From Cytophagales bacterium (GTDB taxonomy: Bacteria; Bacteroidota; Bacteroidia; Cytophagales; Cyclobacteriaceae): DNA of 64,000 nucleotides. Below are positions 27,927 through 37,098 of the stretch, one piece after another. The stretch covers positions 7,891 to 71,890 of the forward strand of contig DAHVFH010000039.1 of the NCBI GenBank assembly GCA_027317105.1, written 5' to 3'. The notes beneath the pieces are model-generated. The model saw nothing but the letters and a program-made list of their open reading frames with translations. It was not told the DNA's origin and did not search any database. The translations under genes and the position numbers were made by a program. Position 1 is the first letter of the stretch; each line of letters begins with the position of its first letter.

Positions 27927-30338
27927 TTATAGCTTATTTCTGAATGCTCGCTCACCAACCCAATTGACAGCCAGCGTACTAAACCCCACTACGCTGACAC
28001 TGCTGATCGGCATAAGGATAGCCGCAATGAGTGGCGATAGATTTCCAGTAATGGCAAAACTGAGCGTAATAAAATTATAGAGAAACGAAATGCCAAATGC
28101 TATTTTCAGGATGACGATCGCTGATTTACTTAAAGCAAGAAATTGGTTTAAGTTTTTCAGTTGTTTGCCCAGTAGAATACCATCGCTGGCCGGAGTGAAG
28201 ATGCCGGTGTCGTCTGTCACGGCTACGCCCAAGTCACTTTGTTTTAATGCACCCGAATCGTTGAGACCATCGCCTACCATCATCACGCGATGGCCATTTT
28301 GCTGGAGGTTAGAAACGAAATGAAGCTTGTCTAATGGGGTTTGATTGAAATAAAGCCCCTTGTCAGAAAGAAAAACCGATTGCATCCGCCCTTTTTCTGA
28401 AGGGTTATCGCCCGAAAGCAAAAAGACCGACAGTTTGGTATTGATCTTGGCGATCAATTCTTTCAACCCGTTTCGCAATGACGTTTCGATTTTGAAATAG
28501 CCGCGTACCTCGCCATCAATCGAAACAAAAACCATAGATTGACTTTCGGTAATTACTTTTTCAAATCCAACAAACCGAGCAGATCCTATTTTTAACTGAT
28601 GATTGATTATCACGCCTGCAATTCCTTCTGAAGGAACTTCCTCGAAAGTAGAAAGTGGCATTGGTGATGCCGCTATTGACTTGGCAATAGTGCGACTTAG
28701 CGGATGGACGGATGAGGCCGTGAGTGCTTTCACCATACCGAGCTCTTCAGAAGAAAGTGTGCCATTAAACGTAATGGTTGATGCGCCTTGCGTTACCGTG
28801 CCAGTTTTGTCGAAGACAATTGAATCGATGGCGGCCATCCGCTCGATCACATCGGCATTTTTTAAATAGAAACCATTTCGCCCAAACACGCGGAGCATAT
28901 TGCCAAAAGTGAATGGTGCTGCCAAGGCCAGCGCGCAAGGGCAAGCCACAATCAACACCGAAGTGAAAATCAACCACATTTGGTTGGGTGAAACAAAGTG
29001 CCAATAAATGGCCGTCATTGCGGCAATGCCTAAAATCACCCAGGTGAATTTTTGAGCAACGGTGTCAATCATTTTTTTGTATCGGCTCTCTTCATTTTTA
29101 TGAAATGTCTCATAGTTCCATAGGCTCGTCAGGTGACTTTGCGCTATTTTTTTCTCTACCACAAATTCAGCAGGTTGTCCAATCAATCTTCCCCCGCCAT
29201 AAATCAAGGCTCCCTCTTGAACATGCACAGGCTTTGATTCACCAGTCACAAAACTGTAATCGATGAAAGCTTGTTTGCTCATTAAATAGCTATCCGCGGG
29301 AACAATTTCCATATTCCTTATCTGGATTATATCTCCTTTTTCCAAATGATGAACCAGAAGGGGGTTCCAATCGTTGTCGATTTTCTTATTGACCGCTAGC
29401 GGGAAATACGATTTGTAATCCCTGTCAAAGGCAAGGCTGTCATACGTTTTGCTTTGAAACCACCGACCGATCAGCAAAAAGAAAACGAGTCCTGAAAGTG
29501 AGTCGAGATAACCAGGGCCTTGATGGGCGAGGATGTCGTAAGCACTGCGTAAAAAAAGTACGGCAAGTCCCACGGCAATCGGCACGTCAATGTTGATCCG
29601 CTTTTGCCTGAAGCTTTTCCATGCCGCTATGAAGTAGTCTTGACCACTGTAAAGAACCACAGGCATTACTAGAAGCAGATTTAAATATGAAAATAAAGTG
29701 CGTAGTTGAGCGTCTGAATTATCGAGCCCCAGGTATTCTGGGAAACTGAGCATCATGATGTTGCCAAAACAGAAACCAGCCACAGTAAGCCGGATAATTA
29801 ACGCTTTGCTAAGTGCCGCTGTCGGCTTTATCTCTTCCAATGTAATCAACGGGGCATATCCCAAAGAAGATAGCAATCTGGCCACTGCAGCTAGTGAAAT
29901 TTTGCTGGGGTTAAAATCGAGGGTGATTTGCCTGTGGCTGAAATTTACTTCTGACCGGATCACGCCACTGTTTAGGCGTTTTAGGTTTTCCAGTAGCCAT
30001 ATACAGGAGATGCAGTGGATATTGGGGATGGAAAATTGTGCCCTGCTGAAAGAATCGGATTGGAAGGTTATTATTTTTTTTGCAATCTCCGGATCGTCAA
30101 GAAAAGCAAAACTTTCTTCGCGTACATGACGCAACGAGACGCCCGGACTTTCGTCAAGGGAATAGTATTCGCAGAGATTGTTTTCGTCCAGGATTTCATA
30201 TACGGTTTTGCATCCATAGCAACAAAAGGAATTTTCTCCGGAAAGCACCACTTCCTTTTCACATACCAATCCACAGTGGGCGCATTTCACCGTGCGCTCA
30301 ACGGGTAGGTTGGCTATTTCCAACAGGTCACTGTTCAT
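27927..30338 (-). CDS. ccoI: Copper-translocating P1B-type ATPase, CcoI/FixI type
   Basis: N-terminal Cys-rich CcoI-type domain (CAHCGLVCE...CCYGCKTVYEIL), HMA CxxC (HCISCIW), CPC (ACPCALALA), DKTGT and GDGLND. Confidence 0.9.
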   Translation of the reverse strand: MNSDLLEIANLPVERTVKCAHCGLVCEKEVVLSGENSFCCYGCKTVYEILDENNLCEYYSLDESPGVSLRHVREESFAFLDDPEIAKKIITFQSDSFSRAQFSIPNIHCISCIWLLENLKRLNSGVIRSEVNFSHRQITLDFNPSKISLAAVARLLSSLGYAPLITLEEIKPTAALSKALIIRLTVAGFCFGNIMMLSFPEYLGLDNSDAQLRTLFSYLNLLLVMPVVLYSGQDYFIAAWKSFRQKRINIDVPIAVGLAVLFLRSAYDILAHQGPGYLDSLSGLVFFLLIGRWFQSKTYDSLAFDRDYKSYFPLAVNKKIDNDWNPLLVHHLEKGDIIQIRNMEIVPADSYLMSKQAFIDYSFVTGESKPVHVQEGALIYGGGRLIGQPAEFVVEKKIAQSHLTSLWNYETFHKNEESRYKKMIDTVAQKFTWVILGIAAMTAIYWHFVSPNQMWLIFTSVLIVACPCALALAAPFTFGNMLRVFGRNGFYLKNADVIERMAAIDSIVFDKTGTVTQGASTITFNGTLSSEELGMVKALTASSVHPLSRTIAKSIAASPMPLSTFEEVPSEGIAGVIINHQLKIGSARFVGFEKVITESQSMVFVSIDGEVRGYFKIETSLRNGLKELIAKINTKLSVFLLSGDNPSEKGRMQSVFLSDKGLYFNQTPLDKLHFVSNLQQNGHRVMMVGDGLNDSGALKQSDLGVAVTDDTGIFTPASDGILLGKQLKNLNQFLALSKSAIVILKIAFGISFLYNFITLSFAITGNLSPLIAAILMPISSVSVVGFSTLAVNWVGERAFRNKL

Positions 30339-30345
30339 GAAGCAA

Positions 30346-31176
30346 TCATTTGGTCTTATACGTCCAGATAGGGCACTCGATGTGATTCACCACATCTTCC
30401 GCAATGCTTCCGCTCATCAGGTGGGCAAGGCCTGTTCGCCCATGGGTGCCCATGGCTACCATGTCGGCCTTTACTTCTTTTGCGAAATTTGTAAGCCCAG
30501 ACTCTTGATTGATATCGTTGAAGATATTGATGGTAAAATCTCTGAACATATAACGTTTAGCAAACCCATTGAGGAGCTGACGTGTCTCTAGGTCGCGTTT
30601 AAAATTCGAAGGCGTGTTGATGTAAACAATGTGCAGTTTAGCTTTAAAGAAATCCTGCAATTTTTTGACTTGGGTAGCTAGTACTTCTTCCTCTTCCTGA
30701 AGGGCATTTGGGAAAACGATATTCTTGATCGCACCTTTGCTGTATTTCTTGATGGCAATCATCGGCACAGAAGAAAGCCGCACTATCTTTTCGGTGTTCG
30801 AGCCTACAATAATTTCCTTCAATCCGGAAGCCCCTCGGGTACCCATTACGATAAGGTCAACCTTATTCTCTTGTGCCATGTTAATGATGGAAGAGGCCGT
30901 AGGGCCGTAGGCTACTTCCCATGTTATCTTTGGTCCTTCCTTGGCCCACTTGGCTTTCATTTTTGAGAAGTTTTTCAATGCACTTTCCTTGCTGTCCTTC
31001 AAGTAAACTTCCTCTAAAGAAAGTGAGGGCATAAGCATGGTGTCGTACATCACCGGAAGTTCTATTACGTGAAGCAAAATCACCTGTCCGTCACTCTCGT
31101 TGGCAAGATCGATGGCAAACCGAAAAGCGTTGGTGGCAGATTCAGAAAAATCGCAGGGTACTAATATCTTTTTCAT
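30346..31176 (-). CDS. Universal stress protein (tandem Usp domains)
   Basis: MKKILVPCDFSE...GTRGASGL and a second domain ending GTHGRTGLAHLMSGSIAE. The start was moved to 31176. Confidence 0.85.
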   Translation of the reverse strand: MKKILVPCDFSESATNAFRFAIDLANESDGQVILLHVIELPVMYDTMLMPSLSLEEVYLKDSKESALKNFSKMKAKWAKEGPKITWEVAYGPTASSIINMAQENKVDLIVMGTRGASGLKEIIVGSNTEKIVRLSSVPMIAIKKYSKGAIKNIVFPNALQEEEEVLATQVKKLQDFFKAKLHIVYINTPSNFKRDLETRQLLNGFAKRYMFRDFTINIFNDINQESGLTNFAKEVKADMVAMGTHGRTGLAHLMSGSIAEDVVNHIECPIWTYKTK

Positions 31177-31232
31177 AAAGTATTTGATTTGTTGTAACAA
31201 AGAGGTAGGTATTGAAATATTTCGTTTTAGAT

Positions 31233-32087
31233 TCAATTAGAGTTAATCACATACGTTAATACAGGCATGGAAGAATGGTTAATCACATCCTCCGTTATGC
31301 TGCGGCTTAAGACACTGGAGAATCCTGTTCGTTTTCGGGAAGCCATAGCAATTGCGTCTGCTTTTATCCCCGAGGCGAAATGAAGGATTCCTTCTTCTTC
31401 CTCATAATCACTAAAGACATTCAATGTGTAATTGGTCAAGTTCATTTTTGCTACAAAGTTTGCCATTTCTTTTTTTACTTCGTGATCGGGTTGGAATTCC
31501 ATTGGCGTGTTGACCCTTACCAAATGGAGCGTAGCGTAGTAAGTTTCCTGCATCAACTTCACGATTTCAATGAAGCTTCTTTCCCCTTCGTTTAAGGAGG
31601 TAGCATAAACAATGTTTTTGTATTCTGTTGTAGTTGGTTTTTCGTGAACAGAAAAGACCGGTCGTTTTGAGTATCTTACCACTCTTTCGGTATTTGAACC
31701 GATCAAAGCCTCTTCTATTTTCGTGCGCCCGGATGTGCCCATCACTACTAAGTCAGCTTTGAAAGCTGAAATGATGGATCGTATTCCATGGAAAGGATTG
31801 CCAATCTTCAGCTGAGTGTAAATGATCACTTCTGAAGTCTTGACACTCCGTTCTGCTTCTTCTAATAGGTTTTTACCCTTATTTATGAGTTCCAACACAT
31901 AACGTTTTTCTTCCTGATTTGAATAGCCTGCAATCTGCTCCTCAGCATTAAAAGACAATTCCATAGGCTGCTCTATGACATGCAACAAGATGATATCAGC
32001 CTTTGTTTTCCTGGCAATACCGATCGCAGTTTCAAGTGCCCATTGTGCTGGTTGGGAAAAATCGGTTGGCACAAGTATTTTTTTCAT
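31233..32087 (-). CDS. Universal stress protein (tandem Usp domains)
   Basis: MKKILVPTDFSQ...GTSGRTKIEEALIGSNTE plus a second Usp domain. Confidence 0.85.
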   Translation of the reverse strand: MKKILVPTDFSQPAQWALETAIGIARKTKADIILLHVIEQPMELSFNAEEQIAGYSNQEEKRYVLELINKGKNLLEEAERSVKTSEVIIYTQLKIGNPFHGIRSIISAFKADLVVMGTSGRTKIEEALIGSNTERVVRYSKRPVFSVHEKPTTTEYKNIVYATSLNEGERSFIEIVKLMQETYYATLHLVRVNTPMEFQPDHEVKKEMANFVAKMNLTNYTLNVFSDYEEEEGILHFASGIKADAIAMASRKRTGFSSVLSRSITEDVINHSSMPVLTYVINSN

Positions 32088-32210
32088 GGTCATAACCTTG
32101 TCATCAAAAAAAAGAGAGATTTAGACTACCTAAATTTCATTTCAAAAATATTCTTGAGTAAAGATCGATGTTCATGGACAACAGATGGCCTTAACAGGCT
32201 CATAAAAAAA

Positions 32211-32226
32211 TATGATTTTGATCATC
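32211..32226. promoter_or_regulatory. FNR-like palindrome upstream of the USP-ccoI gene string
   Basis: TATGAT-TTTG-ATCATC flanked by A7 and T5 tracts, about 125 nt upstream of the USP ATG. Confidence 0.5.
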
Positions 32227-32378
32227 TTTTTATAACTTCTGCATTACCGATTCAGATTAAATGATGGTAGTACATTACTTGATGGATGTTGAAATACGTG
32301 TATTTAAAACCTTAATCGTGCCACCTCTCCAAGCAATGGTCTCGACCTAAATAGCGACTCTAAAATTGACTTATAAAA

Positions 32379-32816
32379 TCAGGCTATGGCAAGAATGTGT
32401 GCTGAATCTGGAACAATTACCAATGGCACTTCAATGTGTGTAAGCAGTTCGTCTACCGATTCTTTGTTGTTGTTAATCAGTTCTTTGCTCATGACCACGA
32501 ATAAAACGTTACCGTGGCTAACGTGTTCTTGAACCCTGCCTTGAATGAATCCAATTTCGGATTGAAAATCATATGATAGTGTTTTGTTTTTGAACAGTTT
32601 TTTGGCAACGACTTCAAAATTTCTACTCGCTTCTTCCTCCATTTTATTTTTTGCGGAAAGCATATTATTGTCTTTTGCTAAGAGGTTGAGTCGTTGTGGG
32701 TGTGAAATGTTAAGGTGAGCACTCAACTTCTCGGCCATACTTGCAGCCCACTCCAATGCTTGAATGGAGGATTTCGAAAAATCAATAACGCACAAGATAG
32801 ACGGTGCTTTTTTCAA
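32379..32816 (-). CDS. Universal stress protein (single domain, divergent)
   Basis: 145 aa with a Usp-like N-terminus (ILCVIDFSKSS..ALEWA) and a VPLVIVP C-terminal strand. The ATP-binding Gly motif is not evident. Confidence 0.6.
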   Translation of the reverse strand: MKKAPSILCVIDFSKSSIQALEWAASMAEKLSAHLNISHPQRLNLLAKDNNMLSAKNKMEEEASRNFEVVAKKLFKNKTLSYDFQSEIGFIQGRVQEHVSHGNVLFVVMSKELINNNKESVDELLTHIEVPLVIVPDSAHILAIA

Positions 32817-32898
32817 AGGGATTAGGTATTACTATTATTTATTAGGTAAAGGTCTGTGTCTTGAGTAATAGAAACATCCATGTGGGTCAGTGGAAAAA

Positions 32899-32912
32899 AT
32901 GATTTTAATCAT
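32899..32912. promoter_or_regulatory. FNR-like palindrome in the divergent USP / histidine-kinase intergenic region
   Basis: ATGAT-TTTA-ATCAT preceded by A6, 26 nt upstream of the kinase ATG and about 90 nt upstream of the USP ATG. Confidence 0.5.
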
Positions 32913-32937
32913 GTAACTTGCCTCCTTAACTTGTTAA

Positions 32938-34194
32938 ATGCCGGCATCTTTTGAACTTTCAGTCGTATCCAACGAAGCTTTTCGAGAGATTTTTCAAAGC
33001 ATGACTGAGGGTATTATTGTGATTGACAAATCCGGAAAAATATTGGTAGCCAATAGGGTGGCGGAAGAAATGTTTGGGTACAAGCAAAATGAACTGAGTG
33101 GAAAGGATTTGGAAGTGCTTTTGCCTGAAGAGTATAAAAGTGGCCACGTTAAACTTCGCGATAACTTTAATAAGAATCCATCACCGAGAAGGATGGGGCA
33201 TGGTAGGGATCTTAAAGCATTAAAGAAAGACGGAAAGGAATTTCCAGTGGAAATTAGCCTAAGTTATTCACAGACTGAAGATAGTTTCATTGCCATCGCA
33301 TTCATCAGCGATATTTCGTGGCGCAAAAATTCAGAGGAAGCTATGAAAAGGAGCGAGGAGCAGCTTATTGTCTATGCCTCAGAGCTTGAACGGAAAGTAA
33401 AGGCTCGTACGGAAGATTTAAATTCTAGTATCCAAGAGCTTGAACGTGAGATAATTGAACGAAAGAAAGCGGAAGAAGAGGCGCTGAAATCAGTAGAACG
33501 GGAGCGTGAGCTTAGCGAGCTGAAATCCAAGTTTGTTTCCATTGCTTCACACGAGTTTCGTACACCACTTAGTACAGTGCTTAGTTCCATCGCGCTAATT
33601 GAGCAATATAAGGAACGGGGCGAGCTGGATAAGATCGATAAACACACCAATCGTGTGCGGTCTTCCGTAAAGCATTTGACGACTATCTTGGATGATTTTC
33701 TTTCACTTGGAAAATTAGAAGAAGGAAAGGTTGACTTGGCGAAAGAGCCAGTAAATCTTGACAGCCTGCTGATGGATATTATTGAGGAAATGCGCGCATC
33801 CCTTAAAGAAGGACAGCAAATTGTGATCGATAAAATTCCTGATCTACACCTCCTTACAGATGGCCGAATTTTACGTAATATTTTGTTCAACTTAATTTCC
33901 AACTCCAGCAAATACTCAGGACCCAATAAACACATTTTCATTAGCTGCTCACTCAAAGAAAGTGTCATCAAAATCAGCATTCGCGATGAAGGGATGGGCA
34001 TTCCTCCCCAAGAACAGAAGCATTTGTTCGAGCGGTTCTTCAGGGCTAGCAATGTGACTTCTATTCAAGGGACAGGCCTTGGGCTGAACATTGTGAAAAG
34101 ATATGTGGAGTTGTTGAACGGCTCGATAAATTTTGTAAGTGAATATGGAAAAGGCAGTACCTTTGCGATAACTATTCCGATTGAACAACGATGA
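32938..34194 (+). CDS. PAS-domain sensor histidine kinase (cytoplasmic)
   Basis: S-box PAS (GIIVIDKSGKILVAN...LLPEEYKSGHVKLRDNF...GHGRDLKALKKDGKEFPVEISLS), coiled-coil linker, H-box FVSIASHEFRTPL, N-box and G-boxes (DEGMGI, GTGLGL). No TM segment. Confidence 0.9.
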   Translation: MPASFELSVVSNEAFREIFQSMTEGIIVIDKSGKILVANRVAEEMFGYKQNELSGKDLEVLLPEEYKSGHVKLRDNFNKNPSPRRMGHGRDLKALKKDGKEFPVEISLSYSQTEDSFIAIAFISDISWRKNSEEAMKRSEEQLIVYASELERKVKARTEDLNSSIQELEREIIERKKAEEEALKSVERERELSELKSKFVSIASHEFRTPLSTVLSSIALIEQYKERGELDKIDKHTNRVRSSVKHLTTILDDFLSLGKLEEGKVDLAKEPVNLDSLLMDIIEEMRASLKEGQQIVIDKIPDLHLLTDGRILRNILFNLISNSSKYSGPNKHIFISCSLKESVIKISIRDEGMGIPPQEQKHLFERFFRASNVTSIQGTGLGLNIVKRYVELLNGSINFVSEYGKGSTFAITIPIEQR

Positions 34195-35252
34195 AAAAAA
34201 TTCTATTAATCGAAGACAATCTTGAGGTTAGGGAAAACACGGCAGAGATCCTTTCCCTGGCAAACTACGAAGTACTCACAGCCGAAAACGGAAAGGTGGG
34301 CGTAAAGCTCGCCTTCGAAAAATTACCGGACCTGATCATTTGTGATATCATGATGCCCGAGCTTGACGGCTATGGGGTCTTGCATATTTTAGGGAAAGAT
34401 GCCACTGCTTCGCTGATCCCCTTTATCTTCCTTACGGCCAAAGCGGAAAAATCTGAAATAAGAAAAGGGATGAACCTTGGTGCGGATGACTACCTCACCA
34501 AACCCTTTGATGATACCGAGCTTTTGAATGCCGTGGAAGCTCGACTTAATAAACAGTCGATGCGCACCAAGGAATACCATAATACCCTTGAGGGGCTGGA
34601 TAACTTCATCATCGATGCACAGAAAATTTTGAAGCTCAATGACCTCTGCAAAGACCGGAAATTAAAACACTTCAAAAAGAAAAGTGAAATTTTTATGGAA
34701 GGGGATCTCCCACTTAATATTTTCTTTGTAAAATCGGGTAATGTAAAAACTTTTAAATCCAATCAAGACGGAAAAGAACTGATCACCAATCTTTATGGGC
34801 CCAGTGATTTTTTTGGATTTGAACCAATAATAGAAAACATTCATTACCGGGAATCAGCCGTTGCGCTTGAGGATACTGAAATTGTGCAAGTGCCAAAACA
34901 GGATTTTCTTACTTTGCTGTTTGGCCAACCCGATGTTTCCTCAAGTTTTATTGGCTTATTATGCAAAAAGGTAGCTGATAAAGAAAATCAGTTACTCAAC
35001 CTGGCCTACAATTCAGTGCGGCAACGGATAGCGGAAGCACTGTTGAAACTGGCGGAAGGAAAAACAGAAAAAGATAACATACACATATCGCGCGAAGATT
35101 TAGCGAAAATAGTGGGCACCGCACCGGAGTCTGTAATTCGTGGTCTTTCCGATTTTAAAGAAGAAAAGCTCATCGAAATTGAAAGTGGAAAAATAAGAGT
35201 AATTCACCCTAAAGGCCTAGGGAAAGTAGTGCGATGGAATGTAGCCTTGTAG
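34191..35252 (+). CDS. Hybrid response regulator: REC domain fused to Crp/Fnr-type effector and HTH domains
   Basis: REC (ILLIEDN...LIICDIMMPELDG...LTAK...KPF), then a cNMP-binding-like beta-roll (FMEGDLPLNIFFVKSGNVK) and a Crp HTH (ISREDLAKIVGTAPESVIRGLSDF). ATGA overlap with the kinase gene. Confidence 0.85.
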   Translation: MKKILLIEDNLEVRENTAEILSLANYEVLTAENGKVGVKLAFEKLPDLIICDIMMPELDGYGVLHILGKDATASLIPFIFLTAKAEKSEIRKGMNLGADDYLTKPFDDTELLNAVEARLNKQSMRTKEYHNTLEGLDNFIIDAQKILKLNDLCKDRKLKHFKKKSEIFMEGDLPLNIFFVKSGNVKTFKSNQDGKELITNLYGPSDFFGFEPIIENIHYRESAVALEDTEIVQVPKQDFLTLLFGQPDVSSSFIGLLCKKVADKENQLLNLAYNSVRQRIAEALLKLAEGKTEKDNIHISREDLAKIVGTAPESVIRGLSDFKEEKLIEIESGKIRVIHPKGLGKVVRWNVAL

Positions 35253-35278
35253 AAAATTTGATTTGACTTCCCTTCACT

Positions 35279-36085
35279 TTAATTATTAAGCGCACCATTA
35301 TTCACCCAGCAAGTTATCAACGCGATTTGTTGCTGTGTTAATTTCCCTCCTGGAGGCATATTGCTATTGATGGCTCCAACAATGGATGCCCCACTTGCCT
35401 TTATCGAAGTGTACGAGGAAAGATTGGGGTTTCGGTTTCCACTATGGCAACTGCTGCAATTGGCCACAATAATCGGGCTGATATCGGATTTATAGCTCGG
35501 CCCGTTCGAGGCTAACGTAGTAGAACCTGAAGTTGGACAATTCGAAGCATCCACCGCATTGACGGAATAGTTTCCTGCGTTAAGACCGCTAAACGTATTG
35601 CTCGGTTGGAACGAACCATTATTCAATTGGTATTGAACTGTACCTTGAGCCCCGCTTGGGGTTACGGTAATGGTTCCATTGGGCGTTGGGCATCCGGAAT
35701 TGGGTACGGTAGCAATAGAGATGGTAAGGGAGGATTGCGCATTGTTAATAGTAGCTATCTGCGAGGCAGAACATCCATTTTTATCTTTCACTGATAGGGT
35801 ATAATTTCCAGCTTTTAAGCCATTAAAGACAGAATCGGATTGGTAGGACCCACCGTTAATACTGAAACTATAATTTCTTATTCCTCGCGTAGCAAGGATG
35901 GTCAGGCTGCCATCACTGGCATCACAGGTGGAGGTGTTAACCACCGTTGCGGTTAAGGAAATATTAAAGCCAGCACACAGGCTTGATATTTCATTGAAGT
36001 GATTGTAAGTACAAGAAGTCAATAACATGGTAAACAGGGTCACAGCTATTTTCCTTTTTTTCTTGACAATCTTTATGTTCATCAC
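35279..36085 (-). CDS. Lipoprotein with two SprB-type repeats and a C-terminal PSCyt1-like CxxCH domain
   Basis: Lipobox LLTSC. Repeats (TCDASDGSLTI...GNYTLSVKDKNGC and GCPTPNGTITV...GNYSVNAVDASNC). The C-terminus is CSSCHSG...MPPGGKLTQQQIALITCWVNNGA. Confidence 0.6.
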   Translation of the reverse strand: MMNIKIVKKKRKIAVTLFTMLLTSCTYNHFNEISSLCAGFNISLTATVVNTSTCDASDGSLTILATRGIRNYSFSINGGSYQSDSVFNGLKAGNYTLSVKDKNGCSASQIATINNAQSSLTISIATVPNSGCPTPNGTITVTPSGAQGTVQYQLNNGSFQPSNTFSGLNAGNYSVNAVDASNCPTSGSTTLASNGPSYKSDISPIIVANCSSCHSGNRNPNLSSYTSIKASGASIVGAINSNMPPGGKLTQQQIALITCWVNNGALNN

Positions 36086-36095
36086 AAATCAGTAA

Positions 36096-36659
36096 TTAAA
36101 GGACTTTATAGATGCAGGCAACTTGAACTTTAACGGAAGGGGAGATTTTATCTTTCACCGGACCCGGAATTTTAATCTTATAATCTTCCAACGACACTTT
36201 GAACGATGCTTCAGATGAAATAATTCCTTCTTTTACTTTAATCGAACATGGAACAACCACTTCTTTTTTCACGTTGTGAATTGTCAATAGGCCAATGACG
36301 GTTGTGGAGTAGATGCCCTCCTTTTTCAAATTAATTTTAGATACGTCTTCAAAATTCCCTATAAATGTGGCTTTCGGATACTTCTCACTTTCCATATAGT
36401 TCTCATTGAAATGTTCTTGCATCAATCCGCGCTTGAATTCAAATCCTTTAATAAGAGCGGCAAACTCCATTTGTCCACTGCTGATATCAAAAACGCTGGT
36501 TACCGATTTGTTAATTGCATCAATATCCTCCAACGCAGTTCCGGCAGAGAAAGTGATCGTGCCCGTTTTTGTGAAATAACGGTTTTGTGAAAATCCAATC
36601 TGGCCTAATAGAAGGAAGGCGAATAGAAGGGACGTATGTTGGTGTATAATTTTTGGCAT
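36096..36659 (-). CDS. YceI-family (polyisoprenoid-binding-like) protein
   Basis: Signal peptide and YceI-like pattern (ITFSA...FEFKRGLMQEHFNENYMESEKYPKATF...LTIHNVKKEV). Confidence 0.7.
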   Translation of the reverse strand: MPKIIHQHTSLLFAFLLLGQIGFSQNRYFTKTGTITFSAGTALEDIDAINKSVTSVFDISSGQMEFAALIKGFEFKRGLMQEHFNENYMESEKYPKATFIGNFEDVSKINLKKEGIYSTTVIGLLTIHNVKKEVVVPCSIKVKEGIISSEASFKVSLEDYKIKIPGPVKDKISPSVKVQVACIYKVL

Positions 36660-36660
36660 A

Positions 36661-37095
36661 TTATTTTAACGGATTCAGAACACAATTATTAACCACTACA
36701 TCGATCAGTTTACCGGTACATTTACCTTTAATTTGAATAAGGTCTCCCTTTTTCAACGTCTGGATGTTCGAAGATTCCGCATCGTAAAAGCTACACGTGA
36801 TGGTAGCCATCGGATCAGCGGCATCAAGAAATATCGTGTTTGACGCCAGGTTTATTTCACTTATTTTTCCGGTTATCAATAAAATTTTGTCGCTGTATTT
36901 TTGTGTCGCAGCGGCTTCATCCAGCGTAAAATCTTTCATCAGCGCAACAGCACTGAGTTCATAGACCGGCTTTTCATAGCGAGTATCTGTTGGTTTCCTC
37001 ATGAATAAGTAGCTACCCACAAGTGCGGCAATGATGAGAAACAGAAAAATTATTAACGCGATTCGTTTCATCTCTAATAAATTATTTAAAATCAA
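36661..37095 (-). CDS. OB-fold (tRNA_anti-like) membrane-anchored protein
   Basis: N-terminal TM helix, then ALMKDFTLDEAAATQKYSDKILLITGKISEI...ITCSF...GDLIQIKGKCTG, typical of the tRNA_anti-like family. Confidence 0.55.
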   Translation of the reverse strand: MILNNLLEMKRIALIIFLFLIIAALVGSYLFMRKPTDTRYEKPVYELSAVALMKDFTLDEAAATQKYSDKILLITGKISEINLASNTIFLDAADPMATITCSFYDAESSNIQTLKKGDLIQIKGKCTGKLIDVVVNNCVLNPLK

Positions 37096-37098
37096 TTC

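Noticed and set aside
33372-34052. 226-aa minus-strand ORF inside the PAS histidine-kinase gene, very Ser/Arg-rich.
   Set aside because: It is antisense to a gene with clear H-, N- and G-boxes. Its composition (SSRS runs) is what the reverse complement of a Glu/Leu/Lys-rich coiled-coil coding region produces. No motifs were found.
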